From a virus, in IMG/VR virus record IMGVR_UViG_3300047471_000162, positions 32,001-96,000 of that record: 64,000 nucleotides of DNA; one strand, given 5' to 3'. Position numbers and translations under genes: made by a program. Positions 46,758 to 55,215 of the stretch are shown here, in pieces (the first letter of the stretch is position 1; each line of letters starts with the position of its first letter). The notes under the pieces are model-generated. The model ran no database searches and had not been told where the DNA came from. It saw nothing but the letters and a program-made list of their open reading frames with translations.

Positions 46758-48796
46758 TGGATGGTGTGATCTTTACTGCTGAGGAATTGCGGAAGGAGGT
46801 AGCTTACTTCCTGAAGCAGGATGCATTTGCATGGGACACAGAGACAATGGATGGTCCTATTCCAGGTACTCGTGGTATTCCCACGCAGAATAGAGTAGTG
46901 TGGATTTCCCTTGCCACGTATGGCAGAACTATTGTTGTTCCAATGGGACACCCAAACGGGGATGTTCTTCTTCACCGAGCTCATCGTAAGAAGAATCAGG
47001 AAACCAAGAAGTTTGAAAGTTTTTCGGCTGTATATGATCCACCGCCAAAGCAGCTTAAGCCTAGTGAAGTATTTGAAATTCTACGTCCGCTATTCTTTGA
47101 TCCCTCTATTATCAAGGTAGCGCATAATGCCACCTTCGACTGTATTTCTGTATATAAATATTACGATGCTTTTCCTGTCGGTCCTATTCATTGCTCTCTT
47201 ACTCAACAGTGGGTTGGCGATGAGAATATCGGTCAGTTTGCTGGTGGACCACGTCGTGCGAAGAGTAAGGGTCTCAAGGATCTGGTTGATTGGATCTTTG
47301 GGGTGGACTACGATAAGGAAGATGTTGGTAAGTGTGTCGAAGCTCATCCTTTCCACAAGGTAGCTCGCTATGGTCTACTAGACGCACGCTATGACTTCCT
47401 TCTCTGGTTGGAGGGCAACAAGAAGCTCCAGAGAGAGGCTGTAGAGGCCATCTGGGCGCTTGAAAACCAGGTGACTGAGGTTTGCTGCCAGATGGGTCTG
47501 ATCGGCGCTCCTGTGGACGTTGTAGCCCTTCAAGCACTGGAGAAGGATCTAGTAGCGAGACTGGAAATTCTGGAGGCCAATGTATATAAGGCTGCTGGTA
47601 GGATTTTCAATATTGCATCACCAGATCAGAAGCAACTAATTCTTTATGGTCCTATTTCCAGTGGTGGTCAAGGTCTAGAGCCGAAACGTTTCTCAAAGAA
47701 AACAAAGAAACCTTCTACAGATAAGGATGCTCTTGCTCTTTATGAAGGAAATCCTGTTGTAGATGCTCTGGCTGCTTACTCAGAAGTTTCTAAGCTTCTT
47801 AGTACTTATGTGCATGGCTATCTTGGGGATCCTGATAATCCTGACAAGCCTTGTTTGATCTTCAATGGGCGTATCCATACTGATCTAGTGCAGTATGGTA
47901 CAGTTACTGGTCGTTTCTCTTCTCGTGCTCCGAACCTACAGAATATTCCTGCTCCGAGAACTGAGTTGGGTAAGGCTGTTCGTGGCTTGTTCAAGGCACC
48001 AGAAGGATATAAGCTACTCGTAGCTGACTACGGACAGATGGAACTTCGAATCCTTGCAAGCATGATTGGATTCGGTGGTCTCTTTGATGGTTTCCACGCA
48101 GGAATTGATGCTCATACACAGACTGCTGCGCTAGTTTATGGCGTAGATACTGACAAGGTGGAGAAATGGCAGCGAGATGCTGCTAAGACTCTTAACTTTG
48201 CTATTGTCTATGGTGCTCAAAATAAGAAGGTTGCCGCTACTCTCGGTATTTCTGTTGAAGAAGCAGATCAGCTCCTGGATAACCATCGAAAGGCATTCCC
48301 TGAGATTTATGTATTCAGGGATAAGATCATGGCACTCGCTCGCAGCCGTGATAAGTCTCCGTATATTCGTACGCTTATGGGACGTAAGCGTAGGGTTTGG
48401 GAAGTTCTTAAGAGTGTGGCCAATGTGGAGGCTAAGAAGCTTAACTGGTGGACCCCACGTAACCACGCCAAGTGTGTGAGCTATGTCCTAGCAGCGGGAG
48501 AGCGTCAGGTTTTCAATAGCTTGGTTCAGGGTTCCCTGGGGGATATCATCAAGCTTGCAATGGTACGGATGCATAAGCTACTATCAGAAGATGCACTGAA
48601 GAATCCGGGTCGAGAGATTCAGATGATTCTGTCAGTTCACGATGAGCTTGTAATCCTGTGCCCCGAAGACCGCGTGGAAGAGGGAAGTGCTATGCTTCTC
48701 GATGCCATGATTGGTACTGAGGTTCAGGAATTGATTCATGTACCTCTTGACATAGGTACGATCAAGGTAGTTGATAGATGGAGTGAGGCCAAGTGA
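46757..48796 (+). CDS. polA: Family A DNA polymerase with 3'-5' exonuclease
   Basis: WDTET, HNATFD, TGRFSS..PNLQNIP, ADYGQMELR, KTLNFAIVYG, VHDEL. Confidence 0.95.
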   Translation: MDGVIFTAEELRKEVAYFLKQDAFAWDTETMDGPIPGTRGIPTQNRVVWISLATYGRTIVVPMGHPNGDVLLHRAHRKKNQETKKFESFSAVYDPPPKQLKPSEVFEILRPLFFDPSIIKVAHNATFDCISVYKYYDAFPVGPIHCSLTQQWVGDENIGQFAGGPRRAKSKGLKDLVDWIFGVDYDKEDVGKCVEAHPFHKVARYGLLDARYDFLLWLEGNKKLQREAVEAIWALENQVTEVCCQMGLIGAPVDVVALQALEKDLVARLEILEANVYKAAGRIFNIASPDQKQLILYGPISSGGQGLEPKRFSKKTKKPSTDKDALALYEGNPVVDALAAYSEVSKLLSTYVHGYLGDPDNPDKPCLIFNGRIHTDLVQYGTVTGRFSSRAPNLQNIPAPRTELGKAVRGLFKAPEGYKLLVADYGQMELRILASMIGFGGLFDGFHAGIDAHTQTAALVYGVDTDKVEKWQRDAAKTLNFAIVYGAQNKKVAATLGISVEEADQLLDNHRKAFPEIYVFRDKIMALARSRDKSPYIRTLMGRKRRVWEVLKSVANVEAKKLNWWTPRNHAKCVSYVLAAGERQVFNSLVQGSLGDIIKLAMVRMHKLLSEDALKNPGREIQMILSVHDELVILCPEDRVEEGSAMLLDAMIGTEVQELIHVPLDIGTIKVVDRWSEAK

Positions 48797-48913
48797 CTAA
48801 TGAGTATGCGGAAGACCAGAAGTTCAAGTACCATGTCCTTAACCATAGGGAAGCTAAATGGCCCGGCACTTGTACATGGTGCCGCAAAGAAGTAGATAAG
48901 AGAAAGTAAACAT

Positions 48914-49336
48914 GTGATTCGTGATCCTTTCGAAGAGGTGGAACCTCTGGAGCCCTTGGGTATCCATGAGGTTCTTACCTCCCGTGCCAAGCGTTCAATT
49001 ATGTGGGATCTTATCGGTCCCCATAAAATGTGGAATTATTCAGAGAAATATGGTCAGAATCCTGCCAGTCCCGATGTGCTACACCGGGAGTATCTTGATA
49101 TGGTTGAGAGAAAGAATCTTCTCTTGCCGTTGAGTAATGCTCTCCCTTTGTTATGTTATATCGCTGCTGAATCTGCTACGGAAGCGATCATTGCCTCTGA
49201 TGAGTCCTTCGCAGGAATATCGGATGAGGATCGAATGAAGTTCAGGATGCAGAATGTACAATTAGGTTCTGTTATCACTGAGTCTGTTGTTAGCCACCTA
49301 ATTCAGAATGGCTTAATTAAATATGGAGGATATTAA
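48914..49336 (+). CDS. Hypothetical protein
   Basis: ORF in the operon after polA. Confidence 0.6.
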   Translation: MIRDPFEEVEPLEPLGIHEVLTSRAKRSIMWDLIGPHKMWNYSEKYGQNPASPDVLHREYLDMVERKNLLLPLSNALPLLCYIAAESATEAIIASDESFAGISDEDRMKFRMQNVQLGSVITESVVSHLIQNGLIKYGGY

Positions 49337-49725
49337 TGAGCTTTTGGGCTGAGAAGTTAAATGGTATTACTAATACAACACCGACTCCTCTACCTGTTTC
49401 CCGAGAACTATACGGGATATATACCAACCCTGTCGCACAGCCACAGACAGTATCCACACAGCAGGAATATATCCCAACTGTTAGAATGACTCAGGGCAGT
49501 ACCTGCCCGGGTTGTGGAAGTGATAAGTATCTTGGGCGTATAGGTGAGAGAGCAGTATCTTGCGCAGAATGCGGGTATCATCCCCGCTTTGAACAGACAG
49601 GTTATGGCACTCCCAGTCTCCGTGCGGAATCAGGAGCAGTAACACCAGCACGTCAGTACCATGGTGGCCAAACTATGCAGAAGTCTATCGCTATCCTCAA
49701 TCTGGGTGGCGGAGAACATATCTAG
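49336..49725 (+). CDS. Zinc-ribbon protein
   Basis: CPGCGS..CAECGY. Confidence 0.65.
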   Translation: MSFWAEKLNGITNTTPTPLPVSRELYGIYTNPVAQPQTVSTQQEYIPTVRMTQGSTCPGCGSDKYLGRIGERAVSCAECGYHPRFEQTGYGTPSLRAESGAVTPARQYHGGQTMQKSIAILNLGGGEHI

Positions 49726-49774
49726 TAATAATTGAATAGTAAAATTTCCAACTACTATCTCCTGGAGTAAAGTC

Positions 49775-51385
49775 TTGCCTACAGTTATGTCTACATTTGC
49801 CTCAACGGTTTATAAGAATAAGTACGCACATCCCGGAGAGGAGTGGGAGGATACTGCAAGACGCGTAGTGGAAACTGTGGTTAGTCCTCATTTCCCTGAG
49901 GATGTCGCGGAGTTAACCCAAATTGTTATTGATCGTAAGTTTATTCCAGGAGGAAGATACTTATACGCTACTGGAAAGTCTTTCCATCAGACTCAGAACT
50001 GTCTTCTTCTTACAGTGGAAGATAGTAGAGAGTCTATTTCGCACCTATTCGAACGAGTAAGTTCTGGTCTTATGACTGGAGCAGGTGTGGGTATTGTATG
50101 GTCCAAGTTGCGTGAAAATGGCGCAGCAGTTAATGGAATGGGTGGAAAGTCTACAGGACCCGTAGCCTTTATGAAGGCTGTCAATGAGATTGGCCGCAAT
50201 ATTATGCAGGGTGGTTCTCGCCGCTCTGCAATTTGGGCCGGTCTCCATTGGAATCATCCGGATGTCTTTGAGTTTATGTCTGTAAAGGATTGGCCAGAAG
50301 AGATTGTAGCTATGAAGGCAAAGGACTTCAATGCTATAGCTCCCATGGATATGACCAATATATCTATTATTCTTGATGACTTATTCTTTGCAGCATTTAA
50401 TGATCCTACATATGATTCCCATGATTGGGCGCAGAAGGTATATTGGACAGCTGTGGAGAAGATGCTTTCTACGGGTGAGCCAGGGTTTTCTGTGGATGTT
50501 GGTAAGCATGCTGGTGAACACTTACGTAACGCCTGTACAGAGATCACGTCTGCTGATGACAACGACATCTGTAATCTTGGGTCCATTAATATGGCTCGCG
50601 TTGAATCTCTCGAAGATATGCAGAGGATTGTAGAGTTAGCTACTCGTTTCCTTCTCTGTGGAACTCTGTATTCCAAGGTTCCTTATGCAGAGGTAGCTAT
50701 TACGCGTACTAAGAATCGTCGCTTGGGCTTGGGTCTTATGGGTGTACACGAGTGGCTAGCCGTACGTGGGAAGTCCTACGCGCCCGATACAGAGCTTCAA
50801 AAGTACCTGGAGGTATACCAGCAGTCCCTGTTCATCGCAGAGCGAGCAGCAGACCTTCTAGGCGTTTCTAGACCCATCGCAGCGACTGGCGTAGCTCCCG
50901 CTGGGACGATTGCTATCGTGGCGGAGACCACCAGTGGTGGAGAGCCCGCATATGCACTAGCATTCAAGCGTCGTTATCTTAAGGGCAAGATCTGGAAGTT
51001 CCAGTATGTCATTGAGAATTTTGCCAAGAGACTGGCAGAGCTGGGTGTTGATCCTGACACTATCGATACCGCCTTTTCTCTTGCCAAGGACCCCTCTCGT
51101 AGGCTAGAATTTCAGGCATGGCTACAGCAGTTTGTTGATCAGGGTATCTCTTCTACTGTCAATCTCCCCGCGAAAGACAAGCAGGAGTTTACAACCGAGG
51201 AATTTGGCACTACACTGATGCAGTACTTGCCCAAGCTACGTGGAGTTACTGTCTATCCTGATGGTGCGCGCGGCGGTCAACCACTTACTGTGGTACCTTA
51301 CAGTGAAGCAATCGACTGGGAAGGTTATGAGTATGAAGAGTGGAGTAACGAGAATGCCTGTGCAGGTGGCTCCTGCGGTGTGTAA
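49775..51385 (+). CDS. nrdJ: Compact class II (B12-type) ribonucleotide reductase
   Basis: FIPGGR, QNC, GGSRRSA, NACTE, CNLGSIN, APAGT, C-terminal CAGGSC; no nrdB nearby. Confidence 0.85.
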   Translation: MPTVMSTFASTVYKNKYAHPGEEWEDTARRVVETVVSPHFPEDVAELTQIVIDRKFIPGGRYLYATGKSFHQTQNCLLLTVEDSRESISHLFERVSSGLMTGAGVGIVWSKLRENGAAVNGMGGKSTGPVAFMKAVNEIGRNIMQGGSRRSAIWAGLHWNHPDVFEFMSVKDWPEEIVAMKAKDFNAIAPMDMTNISIILDDLFFAAFNDPTYDSHDWAQKVYWTAVEKMLSTGEPGFSVDVGKHAGEHLRNACTEITSADDNDICNLGSINMARVESLEDMQRIVELATRFLLCGTLYSKVPYAEVAITRTKNRRLGLGLMGVHEWLAVRGKSYAPDTELQKYLEVYQQSLFIAERAADLLGVSRPIAATGVAPAGTIAIVAETTSGGEPAYALAFKRRYLKGKIWKFQYVIENFAKRLAELGVDPDTIDTAFSLAKDPSRRLEFQAWLQQFVDQGISSTVNLPAKDKQEFTTEEFGTTLMQYLPKLRGVTVYPDGARGGQPLTVVPYSEAIDWEGYEYEEWSNENACAGGSCGV

Positions 51386-51522
51386 TGTTTGAGCTATTCT
51401 GGGATATCTTTTGGATAATTATGGGTTTTGTAGCCCTAGCGCTGCACTGGCCAGTTCTATTGGCTGTATTCTTCTTTATCCTTGCTGGAGTAGTCTGGTT
51501 AGATATTGATGATCTTTTTTAA
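51385..51522 (+). CDS. Small membrane protein (not in ORF track)
   Basis: 45-aa hydrophobic ORF with TAATG coupling. Confidence 0.5.
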   Translation: MFELFWDIFWIIMGFVALALHWPVLLAVFFFILAGVVWLDIDDLF

Positions 51523-51538
51523 AAGTGCTAGTTATCAC

Positions 51539-51587
51539 TAGGCAAATGTCAGCAGTCCCTGCTAAGGTTGAGGTCTTAGCAGGGACT
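51539..51587 (+). promoter_or_regulatory. Hairpin with embedded promoter upstream of recA
   Basis: Perfect 13-bp stem AGTCCCTGCTAAG/CTTAGCAGGGACT; TAGGCA-18-TAAGGT. Confidence 0.65.
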
Positions 51588-51611
51588 ATGTCTTTAAGAG
51601 GAGATAAAAGT

Positions 51612-52661
51612 ATGGCGTTAAATGATGGCGTGTCTACCCTTATTGCTCGACTAAATAAGCAGTTGGAGAAGGATGGCAACCCACTTCTCACAACTGCTTC
51701 CGATATGTTTGTCCCCAAGAAGTTTACATCTGGTCTATTGTCGTTAGATGTAGCGCTTGGTGGTGGGTGGCCGGGAAATCAGTGGGTTGAAGTATACGGT
51801 AAGGAATCCAACGGTAAGACATCTATTATTCTTCGTACGATTGCAGCTAATCAGGCTATTGATCCACATTTCATGACTTTTTGGGTAGCTTCTGAATACT
51901 ATGACAAAGAGTGGGCTATCCAGAACGGTGTAGACACTGATAGGGTCGTAGTTATGCCTACCTCTAATATGGAATTGGGCTACGAAATGTTAATGGAGGC
52001 TGCAAAGTCCCATGAGTTTGACTGCTTAGTTCTAGATAGTTATCCTGCTCTTTCAGCTTCCGAGGAGGAGAAGAAGGGCATGGATGAAAACACCATGACT
52101 CTGGGAGCTAGACGAACTGGTCAATTCTTCCGTAAGGTAGGGGGTACGTTCACTAGTGATCGTCCATATATTGGGTTTTTTGTTAACCAGTTACGTGACG
52201 CCGTGGGTTCTTTTTCCCCTTATGGTACTCCTACCACTACTCCTGGTGGAAAGGCGAAGAACTATGCTTTTTATCAGAGAGTTTTGGTCTCTCGTGACGA
52301 TTGGATTAAGGAAAAGGTAGACAATAAGGGAACCATTGAAGTAGGCCAGACCAATAAGTACAAGATGGAAAAGAATAAGGCTGCCGCTCCTAGAGCTGTG
52401 GCTGAGGCTGATTATTACTTCTTGCCTTCTGCTGATAAGGGCTTTGGTCCAGGCCAATTTGACACAGTCAAGGACATCATTACAATGGCTGTACTCTTCA
52501 AGGTAGTTCGCAGAGGTGGTGCATGGTTCTACTACACCCCAGCAGACAGTGAAGCTGAGTTGAAGTGGAACGGCCGCGATGCTATGGTGGAGGCAATTCG
52601 TAGTAACCTTGAGTTGCAAGCAGAGATTACTAAGTTAACTCTGGAAATCGCTACTCAATGA
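51612..52661 (+). CDS. recA: RecA/UvsX-like recombinase
   Basis: SLDVALGGG.P, EVYGKESNGKT, VLDS, NQLR, TPGG, KNK, GAWF. Confidence 0.92.
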   Translation: MALNDGVSTLIARLNKQLEKDGNPLLTTASDMFVPKKFTSGLLSLDVALGGGWPGNQWVEVYGKESNGKTSIILRTIAANQAIDPHFMTFWVASEYYDKEWAIQNGVDTDRVVVMPTSNMELGYEMLMEAAKSHEFDCLVLDSYPALSASEEEKKGMDENTMTLGARRTGQFFRKVGGTFTSDRPYIGFFVNQLRDAVGSFSPYGTPTTTPGGKAKNYAFYQRVLVSRDDWIKEKVDNKGTIEVGQTNKYKMEKNKAAAPRAVAEADYYFLPSADKGFGPGQFDTVKDIITMAVLFKVVRRGGAWFYYTPADSEAELKWNGRDAMVEAIRSNLELQAEITKLTLEIATQ

Positions 52662-52668
52662 GGCTATT

Positions 52669-53061
52669 ATGGCTCCTATCGCAACACCTGGTCTTAAGAC
52701 CATAATTGTTACTGGTACTTACCAGAATGCTGTATCCGGGGCGGGTGAGACAGGGTTTGTTAACTTTATCCCATCCGTCCCTTCCCTCACGGATATAACT
52801 GATCATGTTGAGCTAACAATTCAGCCATTCAGTGCCCCATTACCAGGGACTATTGGTGGAGGAAATAATCAGGGTGGTAATGGACACTTTGCTATTACTA
52901 TTCCTACAACAGACAATACGTCTATGTATCCACAGCAATTCACGTACACAATTGAAGAGCTAGTGTCCAACATGGCTAGTAGAACTACTAGAAATGTACA
53001 GATTTCATCTACTCTTGGTTCTACTGTGGATATCACCACAATTTTGCAACCTTATTTGTAA
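52669..53061 (+). CDS. Beta-rich virion-type protein
   Basis: VTGTY..G.V.F.P..F.ITIPTTD..FTYTIEE resembles N-terminal anchors of actinophage tail proteins. Confidence 0.5.
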   Translation: MAPIATPGLKTIIVTGTYQNAVSGAGETGFVNFIPSVPSLTDITDHVELTIQPFSAPLPGTIGGGNNQGGNGHFAITIPTTDNTSMYPQQFTYTIEELVSNMASRTTRNVQISSTLGSTVDITTILQPYL

Positions 53062-53079
53062 CACTAATTGGAGGCACTA

Positions 53080-53703
53080 ATGCAGTTCGCGAAGTGGAAG
53101 TCCATTCCCCGCCTTTCCAAGGAGGCTATGGTGATCACAGAGAAGATTGATGGTAGTAATGGCTGCATCATCATTGAGCCCTGGCGTGAGGATGCTAATT
53201 ACGATAGTAACTATGTACTTACTATCACCCTCAATGGTGAGAAGTATTTCTTTGCTGTTCAGTCCCGTAATCGCTTTATCACTCCCGTGGATGACAACGC
53301 TGGCTTTGCTCGCTGGGCAGTGAAGAATGCTGAGGGTCTTATCGAGACGCTTGGCTATGGTAAGCACTATGGCGAGTGGTGGGGCAGTGGTATCCAGAGG
53401 AACTATGGTCTCTCTGAGAAGCGCTTTAGTCTCTTCAACGCTCCCCGCTGGCATGAGGCTATCAGTTACCTGTTTGCTACCACCCCAGTGGCTGAGCTTC
53501 GTACCGTTCCGCTGCTCTATACTGGTCGCTTCGACCTTGACAAGTTGACTGCGGCAAGGGAGACTGTATCTAAGGGTTCAGTCGCTTCTCCCACCTTCAA
53601 GGGTAGTGCCGAGGGTGTGGTAGTGTACCTGCGTGAGGCTGATGTCAGCTATAAGATCCTGCTTGAGAACGATGACATCCACAAGTGGCAGGTTACAGAG
53701 TGA
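53080..53703 (+). CDS. RNA ligase (Rnl2/Rnl5-like)
   Basis: TEKIDGSN, SRNR, YGEW, FSLFN, EGVVV, YKI. Confidence 0.82.
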   Translation: MQFAKWKSIPRLSKEAMVITEKIDGSNGCIIIEPWREDANYDSNYVLTITLNGEKYFFAVQSRNRFITPVDDNAGFARWAVKNAEGLIETLGYGKHYGEWWGSGIQRNYGLSEKRFSLFNAPRWHEAISYLFATTPVAELRTVPLLYTGRFDLDKLTAARETVSKGSVASPTFKGSAEGVVVYLREADVSYKILLENDDIHKWQVTE

Positions 53704-53954
53704 TCAACGAGCCCGACTATGGCTGGACACCGCACAAAAACACTGATAAGGTAGACCTTGCTGCGGCGCTAGAGTATGTACGACGTACAATCTGCTGCTA
53801 CTCCCTAGACATTGAGCGAGATGTTCGCTGCGATTGTAAGTACGGTCTGTCTATTGAAGATGGAGAGCGACGGGGTGTAGGATCTGAGCAGACAGGTTGT
53901 CCTGAACTTCGAGAAGTTATCTATTTACTACTGCATGGAAATACTGATAATTAA
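53700..53954 (+). CDS. Cys-rich hypothetical protein
   Basis: CDCKYG..EQTGCPELR. Confidence 0.6.
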   Translation: MINEPDYGWTPHKNTDKVDLAAALEYVRRTICCYSLDIERDVRCDCKYGLSIEDGERRGVGSEQTGCPELREVIYLLLHGNTDN

Positions 53955-53972
53955 TAACCAGGAGGTTCAATA

Positions 53973-54149
53973 ATGAGTGTTCCAACTCCCTTGTCTTGTC
54001 CGGGATCGTCAATGGCAGACCCTCACAAGTACAATCTCGTTCCAGGCAAGGGTGATGAGTTTGTATGTGACCGTTGTAAGCGTACTGTTAAATACGATAG
54101 CGTGTCACGAAGCTTTAAGGTTATCTATTCTGGAATGACGCCAAAGTAG
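53973..54149 (+). CDS. Micro-protein with CxxC (not in ORF track)
   Basis: GGAGG RBS; CDRC. Confidence 0.55.
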   Translation: MSVPTPLSCPGSSMADPHKYNLVPGKGDEFVCDRCKRTVKYDSVSRSFKVIYSGMTPK

Positions 54150-54186
54150 TTGCTTGTATCACCATCCTCTAGTAGGATGCTGGTAC
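54150..54186 (+). promoter_or_regulatory. Promoter overlapped by an imperfect inverted repeat
   Basis: TTGCTT-17-TAGGAT; GTATCACCATCCT/AGGATGCTGGTAC. Confidence 0.5.
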
Positions 54187-54213
54187 TGGTCACTACTACC
54201 AAGGAGGCTATAA

Positions 54214-54381
54214 ATGTACGAAACGATGTACAACACTCTAGTTCTTGTTGATACTGGCATCATGTCTTATCTAACTGGTAAGGTGTTTCTTGACCAGCTG
54301 TGGGAGAACTTCGGAGAGATGTTCCTTCGTTTTAATGCTTATGCCCTGGAGCTGGACGAGAGTCGTAAGGAGAACAAGTAA
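54214..54381 (+). CDS. Small hypothetical protein (not in ORF track)
   Basis: AAGGAGG RBS; 55 aa. Confidence 0.6.
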   Translation: MYETMYNTLVLVDTGIMSYLTGKVFLDQLWENFGEMFLRFNAYALELDESRKENK

Positions 54382-54554
54382 TGTTGGCACACGAGTTGAT
54401 GACTCTCCTTGAGAATGAAGACCCGAACAAGGAGGTCCGTATCAAGCTAGAGCGTTTCTGTGGTGCGGGTGGTTGTGACTGTACTTCGGGTACATATGAC
54501 TATGAAACCATTGATGTGGATACTGAAGGTCACGATTTTATTGTGATCTCCTAA
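54381..54554 (+). CDS. Small hypothetical protein (not in ORF track)
   Basis: AAGGAG RBS; TAATG coupling; 57 aa. Confidence 0.6.
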   Translation: MLAHELMTLLENEDPNKEVRIKLERFCGAGGCDCTSGTYDYETIDVDTEGHDFIVIS

Positions 54555-54569
54555 TTAAAGGAAAATTAA

Positions 54570-54920
54570 ATGGCTACATTAAAAGATAGCCAAAAGCAGG
54601 AAAAAGCCCTCGCCCGAAAGGTCGGGGGCTCTGTCAATTCTGGCTCAGGAAATGGTTGGATTAGAAAGGGAGATGTACGTTCTGAAGATGAACTATGGGA
54701 ACTAAAGATTACTTCAGCTAAATCTTATAGTCTAAAAGATGCTGAGCTTATAAAATTGAATGAGCAAGCACTAAGGGATAGACGAATCCCGATCTTTCTG
54801 GTAGAGTTCATGTCTACGAACAACTCATACGTTATTCTCACAAAGGATGACTACATGACTCTGAGGGAAAGAGCAGATATTGGTAATGAAATTACGAAGC
54901 GGGGCTCCCCGTTGGTTTAA
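54570..54920 (+). CDS. PD-(D/E)XK nuclease, Holliday-junction-resolvase-like
   Basis: E..GSGNG..KGDV..ELK pattern. Confidence 0.7.
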   Translation: MATLKDSQKQEKALARKVGGSVNSGSGNGWIRKGDVRSEDELWELKITSAKSYSLKDAELIKLNEQALRDRRIPIFLVEFMSTNNSYVILTKDDYMTLRERADIGNEITKRGSPLV

Positions 54921-55215
54921 TGAGGATAATCCAGATAGGGAAGCAAAGTGTGTACGGTTTCCAGCCACCCGAGATTATGACCCATGGTATGGAGATTCTG
55001 ATGATCCCGATGTAGTGGACGAGACAAATGAGGCTAAGCATATCTGCTTAGGTACATATGATTCCCGCCCGTGCCCTTTGCTTTCTTTATGTTTAGAATT
55101 CGCCATGAATAATAATGAGCGCTATGGAGTTTGGGGTGGATTATCTCCAGATGAAAGAGCACAGTTACGAAAGGACCGAAGAAATCGCAACGTTCAAGAC
55201 AGGCTGGGGACCTAG
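54880..55215 (+). CDS. whiB: WhiB-family transcription factor
   Basis: Four Cys (C..AKHIC..CP..CL) plus GVWGGLS..ER and a basic tail. Confidence 0.9.
   Translation: MVMKLRSGAPRWFNEDNPDREAKCVRFPATRDYDPWYGDSDDPDVVDETNEAKHICLGTYDSRPCPLLSLCLEFAMNNNERYGVWGGLSPDERAQLRKDRRNRNVQDRLGT

Noticed and set aside
46757-48796. Intein/intron or Z-base (DpoZ) polymerase
   Set aside because: Normal length and motifs, no splicing motifs, and no purZ in the window.
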